This document shows, in pieces, positions 20,739-34,953 of a DNA stretch of 64,000 nucleotides. The position numbers and the translations under genes are program-made. The notes below the pieces were generated by a model. The model was given only the letters and a program-made list of their open reading frames with translations, had not been told where the DNA came from and did not search any database. Position 1 is the first letter of the stretch; every line of letters starts with the position of its first letter. The DNA is from Felis catus (Eukaryota), in contig NC_058382.1 of the NCBI RefSeq assembly GCF_018350175.1, forward strand, positions 48,982,001 through 49,046,000. Reading direction: 5' to 3'.

Positions 20739-21780
20739 CTAAAAACTGAGCAAAGTGAACCAATCCCTGCTCCTCCTTCCTGCCCCGAGCTCCCTCTCTG
20801 CTGCAGTCCCTGCCTCCCTGCAGGCCTTCCAGACTAACCACCATCCCCAGCAGGGTCAATCCGAATGTAACTGAGTCCTGTGCTAGCCTGGAGGAGGAAG
20901 ATTCCTGGGATCCTGCTCCTTGGGACTCAGGGTCCAGCCTCTGACCAGCTTCCCACTTTTGATCTCCTCCCCAACCCATCTGCCTCTGGCTTAGGGAAGC
21001 TCATGCTTGCTTTACCTCACTGAAGTGAGGGGGTCATAGAAATACTCATGGCCTGGGGTCCTGACCAGCAGTGGCTCTATTAAGGTGAGATCTGGAAGGC
21101 ATCACTGTTTTAGCAGAAGAAAACAAGACCCAAAGCAGACTGGTCACTGATTTCCCACTCGTCGGTGAAGTCCGTGGCCCCCACATGGTCCAAAGGTGCT
21201 TTTGAGAAATGAGCAAGACATCCCAGTTATATAGCATATTGGGTGCTGTGTTTTCCCCGTTAAGTCCTGCTTCATTTTACAGTCACAGAGAAGAAATAAC
21301 CCCATTGCCCAAGTCAAGCCTGGAGGAGATGTGTTATATACATTTTTTTCTTTCTTTAAAAATTTCTTTTTTTCTTTTGTTTCTTTCTTTTTTTTTTTTT
21401 TTTTTGGTGGTTTTTGTTTTGTTTTGTTTTGTTTTTTTTAAAAATCATTTGAGTTGCAGGTCAGGTAAGTTGGTTCTCGAAGTACTGGTAGTTCCATTGG
21501 TACGAGAGAGACTTGTCTACGAGCAGGTAAACCCAAATTTGCCAACAAAGGCAATAACCAAAGCGGCCAGCTGCTGCTGTTGCACAAATGGTCGAGGAGG
21601 AGGAGGACACCATGGACACGGGCGAAGTCTGAGATGGGACAACGCAGAGGACACCTGCTGCTGCTCTAACATGGGTGTTGATGCCACCTCCTAGAAGAAC
21701 GAGGTGAGTGGGTACACTATACAGGAGGGCTGTACAAACTGGGCACTGGACAGGTAGTTCCTTTGGTGGTCACGGTGGCT

Positions 21781-21948
21781 CTACCTGTCCTTGAGCTCTC
21801 GTGTTACTCGCTTGGTGATACGTCCACACATCAGGCCAATCAGGAACAATATACAGATGCTCCCGCTGATCACAGACAGAATGTAGTTCTTTGATGGAGA
21901 TGTCATCACTTGCATGGCGAGGTCAGAGAAGCCATCAGCCGGGGCCAC
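21781..21948 (-). CDS. GLG1: GLG1 last canonical coding exon VAPADG...TM...RELKDR*
   Basis: 168 nt including [25 protein letters not shown]. Confidence 0.96.
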   Translation of the reverse strand: MAPADGFSDLAMQVMTSPSKNYILSVISGSICILFLIGLMCGRITKRVTRELKDR

Positions 21949-24900
21949 CTGGAAGGACACACAGCGGCACAGGCCTTGGACACAGAACTGGGTTGGAGGC
22001 AGGGCTAGGTCTAACTCGCCCCTCTCAATTCCTAGTTTAATTTATGTCATTTCCTTTTGGGAGAAAGGGCAAGGGACAAGACAATCAAACACAGAGCCAC
22101 AACTCCTTTTCCTGATCACACTATGGTATATATCTACTACATAAGGCGAGAAAATACAGACAACTACAAAGAGGTGGGGTCTCATATTATCCATCTCACG
22201 CCATCCCCGCCCCTGCCAACCTGACAGCAGCCCTCACACTCAAGACCTGGCCACATAAGCCCTCGCAGAGCACTCAACAGGTTTTCAATCATTTAGTCCT
22301 CGTACCAATCCTTGAGAGTAGATTGTATTCCTCCCATTTTACAGATGAAGACCCACAGGCCAAGGGGTGGGACGTGATTACTTGTACCAGGTCACACAGG
22401 GTCTTAGGTGTTCTGATTTATTATTAAAAACCACAGAGAACAAACAGTTGAGATTGTGTTGGATGCTGGTTCTGTATCTTGACTTCCTGTCACTCACCAT
22501 TAAATAAGGAGTGCGGTCCCATCAGAAACAGTTTGCAAGTATGACTCAGGCTGACCGAGTACACTGCATTGCTCCTGTAATCACAGGCTCTGCAGCCTAG
22601 CCAGTCTTCATTCTCAGCCTCACTGCTTTTCTGAACGGACCTCTCTCTATGCAGCCTGCTATGGCAGAATCAGGGCCAAAAGACTCCCCAGGTGCACACG
22701 GACCTGTTCTTTTGGGTCTCAACTTAGCCTGGGTGCCTGAGAGGCTGTGCCCAGGGATGTCTGGCTACATCTGTTTCTATGCTCGTCCCGCATACGTAGA
22801 GCAGAGTGAGATTAACGTGATCTGAGCACTGACATCTGTCGACACAAAACAAGCAGTGGAATCTCTTTGCAGCAACGTTTAGCAGCTCCCCAGCAGAAGC
22901 AGAGAGAAGGAAGAGACTGACTTGGCCCCTCTCCGCTGCCTCACTTAACGGAGGGCTTCCAAGCCAACTTCGTTCCTTCGGGAGAAGGGGTGAAGGGCGT
23001 ATGTGCTACTTGGACAGCTGCGATCCCTTCTCTTCATTTCCCTTACTTCTAGGTGTGAAGACTTGTCATGGTCTTTCCTGTTTGCCTGGTACCCTTGACC
23101 TTTCATGTGGGTGACAGGAGGAACTGGCCAAGAAGCAGGGGGGTCCTCATGATCGCTTTCTTAACCTAAGGCAACTGGCAATGTCCATCCCGATGTGGGG
23201 TGATAGAATGTGGATCTAGAAACCTGACTTTCTCGCTGAGGCACCTTGGGCAGGTCACAGTTTCCTCCATTGTAAAGTGGGGAAATAATCACTCCACTTA
23301 CCCTGCTGCGTTTCAAGGTTCAGTGAGGTCGTATGTCCAGCGAAGTGTTAGGCACCACAAAGCAATGTGCACATGAGAAGAACTGTTACTCTTCTCGCTG
23401 AGGCTGCATTTTTGTACGAAAAATCTCCCCTAGCCCAAGTCTGCCTGGGTATCACACACATTCACCTGTCCTGATGTCTCTCTACCCTATCAGCGTTCCT
23501 GTTTCAGCCTAGCTGAGGGCGAAGGCCGGGGCTCGTCGCACATACATATGCTCCTGCCAAACACTGACTAAAATCAGAAAAACGAGCTTTAAGACAACAG
23601 TGGCCAGCCTGGTTGCTTTCCCCTGGGCATGATTTCTGGTTCTCTTTGCACAGCTGGCTTTTATCCCATCCTTTGGGTGACTCACTTTTCCACGGTGGAC
23701 TATGGGCAAGTGAGGACAAAGCAGTGGCCCCGGCAAAGCCTGCAGACACTGGCAAAAGGAGATGGTGGCCGCAGGCTCAGAGACAGCCAGGGAGGCTTCC
23801 AAGGGCAGTGCCAGACTTTTCAAATACACTTACTGCTGGTCTCGCAACAAGGACAAAAAGACAAGTGGAATATCTGGGGAACGGACAGAGATGGCCACTT
23901 CAGGAGATTCTCTTGGGCATTACCTTTGCTGCATAACTCCACATTTCAATCCGGTCATTGAGACGTTTTTTGCACTCAGGTTGTAACCTCACCCGCTTAT
24001 CCTCCAGGGCCTCCATGAGACAGGACATTTCTGTGAAAGAAAAGGGATGAGAAGAGTCTAAAACTGTACAGAACAGAAATTTCTATGAGGTTGGGGAGGA
24101 GGGCACCTTATCACCAGAGAATTCAGATGTATAGGCTACACAAAGTTAAATCCATTCTAGGAAATTGGACCAAAGATTTAACACGGCGAAAAATGATGTT
24201 GAGTTTCCAAGGGACCAGCTGCCCACAGACCCTTAAAACCTTCTTATTTTATTGGGCATGTCTGGCTCAGAAACAACTTTCTTCTACCTGCCCAGGATCC
24301 ACCCAGTGTGGCCACTGGGTGAGCTGATGAAGCTGCTCTAGTTTGGCCAAGGGGGAAGAGGCCATGATCATGAGTTAAGTTTTGCTTCCCTGATAAATAA
24401 CTCAACCTTCCCTTTTCATCAGAACCTTACCTCTGGTTATGTCTAGGTCAGTTCAAACCTGCAGGATTATTCATTCCTAAATTCATTCTGCCACAAAAGC
24501 CTAGTCCCGGCATCAACCAGGCCCCCAGAGGATGTTGTCTGTGGTTGTGCTGCAGCTAGAGAACAGAGTACCCGCAAGTGCTGTCTCAGAAGGAGTCTGT
24601 GCTCCTCCCAAGGTAGTTCAGAGAGGGCCAGAGTGAACAGTGACTTACGACGCCCTCGGCCGGGGGTAATGGCTGCACAGTGGTGCTTAATGTCCAGGGC
24701 ACACGCTGTATGAAGAACTGGGTCCACAAAGATGTCTGCTTTGCTTTCCTTCAGCATGTTTAACACTTCCTAAGAAGGAAGAATCATCGTAGAGCAAGCT
24801 TTTATAGAGGAAATACATCAGATTTGTTATCTGCAAATACTTTACATACGAAGAGTAAAGTCAAGGAGGGAAGGGTGTGGGTTAACAACAGAACTTACTC

Positions 24901-26835
24901 TGAGACAGGGACAATGTGGTGATGACACAAAGAATGCAGATTTTTAGCAAATGATTCCATACACTCGGAGGCCTAGTATGATCAAAGCTATGTGCTAAAC
25001 GAAGCGGGGGCTACAAGATCAGATGTGGGTTTCTGGCAGTCTGGTGGGCTGTATATGTTGCATACTAAATGTTAGTATTTATATCGGTTGGTATAATACG
25101 GCTATTTTCTTAAGAAAAATGAAAATGTGAAATCTAGAAACCAGAGTTTTGGGGCATCTGGGTGGCTCAGTTGGTTAAGTGTCCAACTTTGGCTCAGGTC
25201 ATGATCTCACAGCTTGTGAGTTTAAGCCCTGCCTTGGGCTCTGTACTCACAGCTCAGAGCCTGGAGCCTGCTTCAGATTCTGTGTGTGTCTCTCTCTCTC
25301 TGCCCCTTCCCTGCTCGCACTCTGTCTCTATCTCTCTCTCAAAAATACATAAACACTAAAAAATATATATAAAAAAAATAAAAACCAGAGTTTTAAAACT
25401 CCCAGGCAAACAAAGAAAAATGTTTGCATAATGTTTCATGTTACCTCCGTTATCCTCAAAAGATAAAAAAGATTCACAGAGCATAATTTTTACTGCAAGA
25501 AAAACTCTTAGTGAGTCTAAAGATGTCCTAAACAAGAGGAACATAACCATGATGGAAGTGACATCAGCTCTGCAGACTTTCCATTTAGACTTGAAAGAAC
25601 AGGAGGTAACAACAGGCCAAAAGTGCTTTCTTAAATAAAAATTAGTTTGCTCAAGAGAAAGACTACAGGCTCTGTAAAGCAACAATAATAAAAACAAGAA
25701 AACAAAAAACAAAACTCAAATATTACTCTTCAAAGTTAAATGGGATCATCTGATGACAAACTAGTCCAAGGAAAACTTCTGGATTTAGCTTTTGGCCATC
25801 TCCCATTATTCCTCAGGCCGTGTGGAATCAGAAACATTTCAGCAGATGAAAATATCTGTGTACAATATTCAGTGACTCAAAAATGACATCACTCAAACAC
25901 TTTTCAAAAAAAGACAAAGCTTTTTTAAAAAGATCAAATATATTATTTCATTTGCAATTTTCCAAGATAATGTATGTTTAATAGTCATGTTTTGATAACT
26001 TCGTTTTTATAAGCTATTTCTGAAATGATTTTTATGAATGCAGTATCTTTACTGATACTATTGGACTTGACATTTTGCTTTCAGTTCTGCACTCACAGGG
26101 CCTTAAACCACGGCCTGGTCATGGGGATCAGACATGTTCATAAATAATGAGTACATGTGGAAGAATATTTCAGTTATAGGTGATTAATTGTCAAGAATCT
26201 AGTGCAAGTTTCGTAAGAGGGAAGAAACGTATAATCCCGGGAAGGAAGGTTTAGATGTTCTTGCTAAGATATGCAGACTACAGCATCAGAAGGGAAGAAA
26301 AAGTTTTGTGAAAAGCAGGCAGGGAAACAAGGCCATTGGCAGTATTACCTTTTTACATGCGTCCGTTTTGATTTTGAGCAGGTTAACTTTGAGGCACTCT
26401 TCTACTTGACCTGTCTGCTCTTGGGCAGCTGCTTCCTCAGCACACAGATTGGAGATCTGTTCCAGAGACACACAAAACACATCTCTGCTGTCACCAGAAA
26501 CCCTGTCTCTGAAACCTGCAGGTTTGGTGACCCTCCCATATGGTCTGGATGTCTCCTCAGTCTCCTAGTGGACTTCACGCCCCGCCCCCTGTCCTGGATG
26601 AGATGCTGGGCTCCATTCACTGTCACAAAGACTGGCACACAGACTCAAAAACCAGTCAGTATACTGACGTTTATGCTGTCAACCCTGACATTTGAGTCAG
26701 AGTGTCCCAGGACTAGTCACAAAGAAGGCTACCCCTTGATTCCACAGGAGGAAGGTTACATAGCCAAGTGAAATACTAAAAGCAAATGGCTGGCATTTAC
26801 AAAGGTTCAGAGTCAACCTCAACTCACAACTTGGC

Positions 26836-26884
<49 letters not shown>

Positions 26885-29800
26885 TCTAAAACACAGTCCA
26901 CACCAAAGATTAAAAACTTAAGTCTTCCTTGGGAGCTGTGAATGAGCATCTTTAAAAAATCTTCAGCTATGAACCCCTAAAACTGACATATGTCGAACAC
27001 AGTTCTCCACATGGGCTTTTCTAGCTAGGAAGTCAAAGTCCAAAGACAGGCATTTCTTTAGCGCTATTATAGGAGCACTTTCTTCCTCCCCCCCACCCCC
27101 AACTTTTTTAACATTTATTTATTTATTTATTTTTGAGAGAGAGAGAGCGCATGCGCGCAAGTGGGGGAGGAGCAGAGACAGAGGGAGACACAGAATCTGA
27201 AGCAGGCTCCAGGCTGTAAACTGTCAGTACAGAGCCCAATGTGGGGCTCAAACCCATGAACTGTGAGATCATGAGCTGAGCTGAAGTCGGACACTTAACC
27301 AACTAAGCCACCCAGGCACCCCAGGAGCACTTTCTCTTTCTGGCAAGTCTTGGGGAATTCTAGGTTGAGCATCAGAATAAGGAGAAGGAAGAACTATACG
27401 GAGACAGATATAGTAAAAGAACACTCTAATACAACAGAGAAATATAGAACCAACACTCTATAGTGATAGGATGAATGTCAAGTCTAATTCAGTGTCACAG
27501 GGAACCAGAAATTCAAACAATGAAAAGTCCAGAAGATGGGCCCTGGATTCAGGGCTAAAGGGAAAGACGGTACAGAACTTTTCTTCAATAAACACTTCTC
27601 TGACCAGCTCTGTTCACAACCAGCTTCAGACCCAAATCCTACCTCATCTGAGCAGTGTAGCTGGAGCTGAGGATCTAGTCGGTAATCCAGAGCAGACTCC
27701 TGGATAATAATCCGGATCTGGTCTTCACAGTCCGAAGAGAGCCGCTACATTTGACAAAAGGAGAGTTCATCAGCCTATCAGACAGCTTGAGCTATTTATT
27801 TGGTCCCTGGTTTGGGAAGGTACGAAAAAGGTCTTGGGAAAGTAGGAGTAAGCTAGGGGCTTCTAAAGAAAAACCTGCCGGGAGTAGAGGGGCTTCTATA
27901 AACACACCTCTGCAGAGAGCCCAGGACTGTTTACCTGGTCAGCATATCTGAGCTTGAGGCACGAGATGACTTGGCCTTCCAGTTCCGAATCATCCTTGGC
28001 CTTAGTCAGGATACCATGGCAGAATTTAGGAATGTCAGCTTTACAGGCTTTCCTTAGCACAGGGTTTAAGCGGTAATCTAGAGTGGAAAGTTGTCAGTAT
28101 GTGATAAAATATTCCACCTGGATTCAAAAATATTCAAGATCTACCTTTCAAAAGGGTACATATTACATCAATGACCACAAATAAACTACTGATTTGTTTA
28201 TTTGCTAAACATTTACCGAGCATTCATTACACTGTTTTTATTTTTTAAATTAAAAAAAATTTTTTCTGGGTGCATGTTTTTATTTTTTATTTTGGGGGGG
28301 GAGAAGAAGAGGGGGGAAATATTTTAAGCAGGCTCCACGTGGGCTCAGCGTGGAGCACAACACGGGGCTCAATCCTAAGACCCTGGGATCATGACCTGAG
28401 CTGAAATCAAGAGGTGGATGCTCAACCTACTGAGCCACCGAAGAGTCCTGACTACACTGCTTTTAATCAGCAATATAATTAAATGAAAGGGTAGATGTGG
28501 ACACAGAGACCCCAGGAATTCTACCTTGCAGCACGTCTGTGGGGTCTGCTGGTACCAGTATTCTTTAGTAGTTCTCAAAAAAATCACTCAGCCATCACCA
28601 ACCTTCCCCATAACAGAGGTTTTGGAAAACACTGAGAATACTAGACTCATCTTGCCCACTATGTTCTAAGGTCTTGCAACTCAGAGCTGAAATTTCTCTG
28701 TTCTAAAAAACATTACCCATATATTCTCCTGCCACATGCATGAAGTTTTGTTAAATCTCTAGACTTTTCAAAGAACTCCAGCCTTGACTTCCTGTCTCCT
28801 CTTTCCTATGACTTTCATTCTGCCAAATACTCTTTGAAGGAAGAATATGTTATTTTCCTTACTAGATCCAGACTCTTCCCTTGAAATCCACAGGCAACAA
28901 AATATCTGTAGTTTAATTAGGTAGATATATGTCGACTCAGCTCCATTTAAGCCACATTCAATGGAACCAGGAAAGCCAAGCCATGATGTTACCTGTGTTC
29001 TGAGTGATCTGGCGCTTGGTTATCATCTGTTTGCATTTGGGATCCATCAATTCACTGTTCTTATTTTGCTTCAAGCACTGCAACATGGTTTTGGAATCTG
29101 CCTCTGGACAGAACCTCTGCAAGAAACAAAGATTTACAAACGTAGTTATCCAAATATGGCAATGAACATCATCTGCATCACCCTTCCACCTACTGGTGAG
29201 CTAATGACAAAATCAGCTTGAAGATATCACTTGGTACAAGAGAAACAGCTAAACCTGAATAAACACCCAGACTCCACTTCTCCTTTTATCAAGTCTCTAC
29301 TATAGCTCTCACATTTCTCCCTACTACCCTCACTGTTTCCTATTTTGCACAGGATTGATTCTGTACCTGCATGGCTATGTTACATTACATGGCATCTCAT
29401 GATCTTAAACACTGTTAAAGTAAAAACATAACATTGTACCAGGTGGCCAGGTAGCCCTCAAGCCATATCCACCCAATCCCAATGGGAAATTTAAAAATTA
29501 CCCACTGAACAATGTGAACAGGAATGTGGGTTAAGGACCTGTCTAGTTCATCTTTTAACTATGGGGGCTATAATGCTACCAAACGGTGTGGGGCTAGTCC
29601 CTGTACACTTGTTAGTGTCCTTGAAGTCAGAGATCCATTTTGGACTAACAATAAATTCTACCTCTATCTGCTAATCAACAATGTATCTGCTAATTACAGC
29701 CTACGGATATCTTAATATAAGTTGATGACTGATTTTTACAAAAGTCATCAAAATCTTACAAAATTCCCTCAGATCAGAGCCTGGCATTTCAGCTTTTACA

Positions 29801-32800
29801 CAGGACTCAAATCTACCAGGGTCAACTAAAGACATTTCTAACTTTCACAATTCTGTTTGGTATCTGAAAGAGTGAAAAGCAGCGTTTTATTTTATTTATT
29901 TTTTATTTTTAAATTTAATTTTTAAAAATTTACATCCAATTTAGTTAGCATATAGTGGAACAATGATTCAGGGGTGGATTCCTTAGTGCCCCTTACCCAT
30001 TTAGCCCATCCCCCTTCCCACAACCCATCCAGCAACCCTCAATTTGTTCTCCATATTTATGAGTCTCTTCTGTTTTGTCCCCCTCCTTGTTTTTATATTA
30101 TTTTTGTTTCCCTTCCCTTATGTTCATCTGTTTTGTCTCTTAAAGTCCTCATATGAGTGAAATCATATGGTATTTGTCTTTCTCTGACTAATTTCACTTA
30201 GCATAATACCCTCCAGTTCCATCCACGTAGTTGCAAATGGCAAGATGTCATTCTTTTTGATTGCCGAGTAATACTCCATTGTATATGTATACACCACATC
30301 TTCTTTATCCATTCATCCATCGATGGACATTTGGGCTCTTTCCATACTTTGGCTATTGTCGATAGTGCTGCTATAAACATGGGGGTGCATGTGTCCCTTC
30401 GAAACAGCACACCTGTATCCCTTGGATAAATACCTAGTTTTGCAATTGCTGGGTCGCAGGGTAGTTCTATTTTTAGTTTTTTGAGGAACCTCCATACTGT
30501 TTTCCAGAGTGGACCAGCATTTTATTTTAAAAGTAGTATTTTATTTTTTAAGTAACATTTTATTTTAATAAAGCATTTGCTTTTATTTTATCTTAAGTGT
30601 ATTAGAACCTTAAATTTAAATCTCTTTATACATGTGGATACAACAAGGAACTGGCATTTAGGTTCTCAAGTTAGCCTGTTACAGAGAACGTTCACTGGAG
30701 AAGTATACGAAACAAAAGAACATATAAAATAGAAAAGCCTTTTGACTGTGGTAGGTGGATGATCAAGACATTTGGTGGTGACTTTCTCAACATACCTACC
30801 ACTAACTGCCCTCAAAATCAATCATATATTGGGGCGCCTAGGTGGCGCAGTCGGTTAAGCGTCTGACTTCAGCCAGGTCACGATCTCACGGTCCATGAGT
30901 TCGAGCCCCGCGTCAGGCTCTGGGCTGATGGCTCAGAGCCTGGAGCCTGTTTCCGATTCTGTGTCTCCCTCTCTCTCTGCCCCTCCCCCGTTCATGCTCT
31001 GTCTCTCTCTGTCCCAAAAAAATAAATAAACGTTAAAAAAAAAATTAAAAAAAAAATCAATCATATATTTACTGGGTATCTATTTACTTGTGCCTTAGGT
31101 CAAAGTGAGGTCAGTTAGCTTAGCTCGATGGTTGTCAAACTTGAGCGTGCATCAGAATCAACTGGAAGGCTTGTTAAAGCTATTAGCTCTGCTCCCAGAG
31201 TTTCTGATTCAGTAGGCAGAGGGTGGGGCCCAAGCATTTGTAAGTTTCCAGGGGGTGATGATGCAGTTGAGCTAGGGACCACACCACGAGAACCACTGTC
31301 TCCTCTGTATAAAACAGGTTGAGTGGAAAGATTATAAAATTTGCTCCAAAGTTTAAAGAAGCTTATGTTGTTATTTTTATTTACCCTGTACTTAGCCCCT
31401 GGTTTGGGATCCCTTACCTTTATCATCTGCTTGCAGACTCTCATAAGTGTATAGTCTAGTTCTGGGTCCATCATCTCTGTCTCCTGTAGCTTAAAAACTT
31501 TCTGGTGGCAACGAGTACTTAGCTGCTTCTTGTTTTCTTTCAGGCATTCAATAATCTAGGGCATAAGAATTATGGTCAAGTTAAGGGATGTATCAGGGAT
31601 TGATAATCTATATGTTCTCACTACAGCATTCAGTTCTTAGTGCATCCCCTCTCTTTCATTCCATTCCTAATTCCAAGGTAAGAGGAGTCAGAATTTCCTC
31701 ACGAAGGAGAATTATGCTTGCAGATTTACAGCTTTAGGTCTAACAGTGAACCAGACTGTATAAAAATAATGGATGAGTTGAGCAGGCTGCACTGGAGGCT
31801 AAAGGGAAGGAATCCCCCTCAAGATTCTTGTTTTTTTCTGTCCTCTAGCTCTTCTTTGTCAAGACTCCATTTGGAGCACACATTAGGCACTCTGCTTTTC
31901 TAGGGAGCAATATCCCTGACTAGTCAGTAGGCACAAGCTAGGAGGTTCAGTTCCACTCACCATTTACCCCATGAGAATAGAGCATTAGATGCCAGGTATG
32001 AATGAGGCCCAGTCGCTACCCCTGATAAATACACAGTCTCACAGGGCAAACTTTTATAAACAACTACAATAAACAAATCAAAAAATAATAAATAAATAAA
32101 ACAATGGGTGGCTCAGTCGGTTAAGCATCTGACTCTGGATTTCAGCTCAGGTCATGACCTCAGGTTCGTGGGATCGAGCCCTATGTCAGGCTGTGTGCTG
32201 ACACTGCAAAGCCTGCTTAGGATTCTCTTCCTCTCTTTCTTCCCCTCCACCCTCCCCTCTGTTTCTCTCAAAAAATAAACAAATATCTAAGAAAAAAAAA
32301 AAGACGAGGGGTGCCTGGGTGGTTCAATTCATTGGACATCTGGCTTCGGCTCTGGTCATGGTCTCACAGTGCGTGAGTTCAAGCCCTGTGTTGGGCTCTG
32401 TGCTGACAGCTCAGAGACTGGAGCCTGCTTTGGATTCTGTATCTCCCTCTCTCTCTGACCTTCCCATCACTTGCACTCTCTCGCTCTCTCAAAAACAAAC
32501 TTAAAAAAAACAGATGAGGGGCGTCTGGGTGGCTCAGTTGGTTAAGTGTCCGACTTCAGCTCAGGTCACGATCTCGCGCTCTGTTGAGTTCGAGCCCCAC
32601 ATCGGGCTCTGTGCTGACAGCTCAGAGCCTGGAGCCTGTTTCGAATTCTATGTCTCCCTCTCTCTGCCCCTCCCCCGTTCATGCTCTGTCTCTCTCTCTC
32701 TCAAAAATAAATACACGTTAAAAAAAAAAAACCTTAAAAAAAAAAAAAGATGAGCAGGTTAACATAAAAGCATAAAGTGCCATATGATGGATTTTAAGAT

Positions 32801-34901
32801 AGTGAATTGAGTATAAATCTCCCCTTCCTTACACCAACCTTTTAGATATTATTAAAAAAAAAAAATGAGGGGCGCCTGGGTGGCTCAGTTTGTTAAGCCT
32901 TGACTTTGGCTCAGGTCACAATCTCATGGTTTATGAGTTTGAGCCCCACGTCAGGCTCTGCTCTGATAGCTCAGAGCCTGGAGCCTGCTTCGGATTCTGC
33001 GTCTCCCTCTCTCTCTCCCCATCCCCTGCTCACACTGTGTGTGTCTCTCTCTCTCTCTCAAAAATAAATAAACATTAAAAAATTTTTTTAAAAAATGAAA
33101 TAAATGATAAAGAAGGGAAGCAGATGGGAATCTGCAGGAACTAGAGCTGTAGCATAAAGTCATGAGACTTCTATGAAATCCTCAAGGGACAACCAAGAAT
33201 CACCAAATAACTGAGAGGAAAAAGTAAGAGAACAATTAAAAAAATATATTTAATGTCCTCAGAACAATACAGAAAGAAATGGTAAACCAGAATCAAGAAC
33301 AGATGGTTATGAGAGGAACCAGTAACAGATTATGGAAACAAAAAATAAAACTCCCAACTGGGAGTCTCTCTAAAAACAGAATGGACACAGCTGAAGAATA
33401 CATCTTTAAGCTGGGAGATAGACCTGAGGAATTACCTCAATGCAGTACAAATAACAAAGAAATGGCAAGTATGAAAGAAAAAATGAAGAGACATGGAGGA
33501 CAGATTCAGATGTTCCAACTGTCTAATATGAGTTCTAGAAGGAAGTAAAAGCAAGGCAGTATTTGGAAGAAAACAATAATTGAGAATTTCCCCAAATTGA
33601 GAAAAACATGAATTCTGAGACTGAAAGAGCCAACTAAGATAAAGAAAAAAACAAAACAAAACAAAAAACCCATCCCTGATTACATGCCAGCGGAATTATG
33701 GATCATTAAAGATAAAGAGAAAATTCAGAGTAGATGATCTGCACAGACACGAGAGTGAGATAGACATCAGCAATAGCAGATACAAGACGATAATGAAGCC
33801 ACTATCTCAAAGGCTAAAGCACCAGTGTGGTGCTTTCAGGGCAATTCCCTGAACTAGAAAACGTAGCTGAGTCACTAGAAGAACATTACAAGAAAAAAAA
33901 AAATCACTTCTTTGTACTTCATTCCTGACTAATACTAATTCAGGACAGGGCCCAGTTCTGTGCGTTAAAGAAACAAGATTTCCCAGGTGATTCCTATGTG
34001 ACTTCCAGTTAAGAACTTTTGTGCAACAGGCACAGAGTAAGGGAATAATCAATTCTGGAGGTACACGGTGTTAGAAAAGCTACAGAGAGGAGGAGACATT
34101 TGAAGGATTGTGAAGAGCTTCTTAGGCAGACAAGGTGGAGAAGGACAAGCTAACCTGAAAGAGGGAAGAGAATGAACAGGAAAACATGAGGAATGCAGGT
34201 AAGGAACTTCCTTTGGGAAAGTCTGGTGAAGCTTAGGAGGGGATGACTAGGCTGGACAGAATGTGACGAGGCTCATTCCACCAGCAAAGAATTCACGGCT
34301 AAAATGTTAACTTCACATTTTCTTTTTTTTTTTTTTTAAGTTTATTTATTTATTATGAAAGAAAGGGCAGGGAGAGATTGGCGGGGGGGGGGGGGGGGGC
34401 GGGGGGGGGCGGTACAGACAGGGAGAGAGAGAATCCCAAGCAGGCTCTGTGCTGTCAGTGTGGAGCCTGATGTGGGACTTGAACGCATGAACCGTGATAT
34501 CATGACCTTAGCCAAAACCAAGAGTCAGACACTTAACCGAGTGAGCCACTCAAGCGCCCCCCCTCTTTTTTTTTTTTTTTACTTAAAGTGTATTTTGAGG
34601 GGCGCCTGGGTGGCTCAGTCAGTTGAACGTCCAACTTTGACTCAGGTCATGATCTCACACTCATGTGTTCGAGCCCCACATCAGGCTCTGTGTTGACAGT
34701 GCAGAGCCTGGAGCCTGCTTCAGATTCTGTGTCTCCCTCTCTCACTGCCCCTCCCCCCTCGCACTCTGTCTCTCAACTACTCTCTAAATAAATAAATAAA
34801 CATAACAATAAAAAATTTTTTCAAGTGTATTTTGAGAGAGTGAGAGAGAAAGAGCACAAGCGCACAAGTTGGGGAGGGAGGGAGGGAGGGAGGGAGGGAG
34901 G

Positions 34902-34953
<52 letters not shown>

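Larger units (their letters stand above)
16835..21780 (-). other. GLG1: Long GLG1 3' UTR (about 5 kb)
   Basis: Repeat-poor stretch after the stop, ending in a U-rich block with AATAAA on the minus strand. The 3' end position is approximate. Confidence 0.65.
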
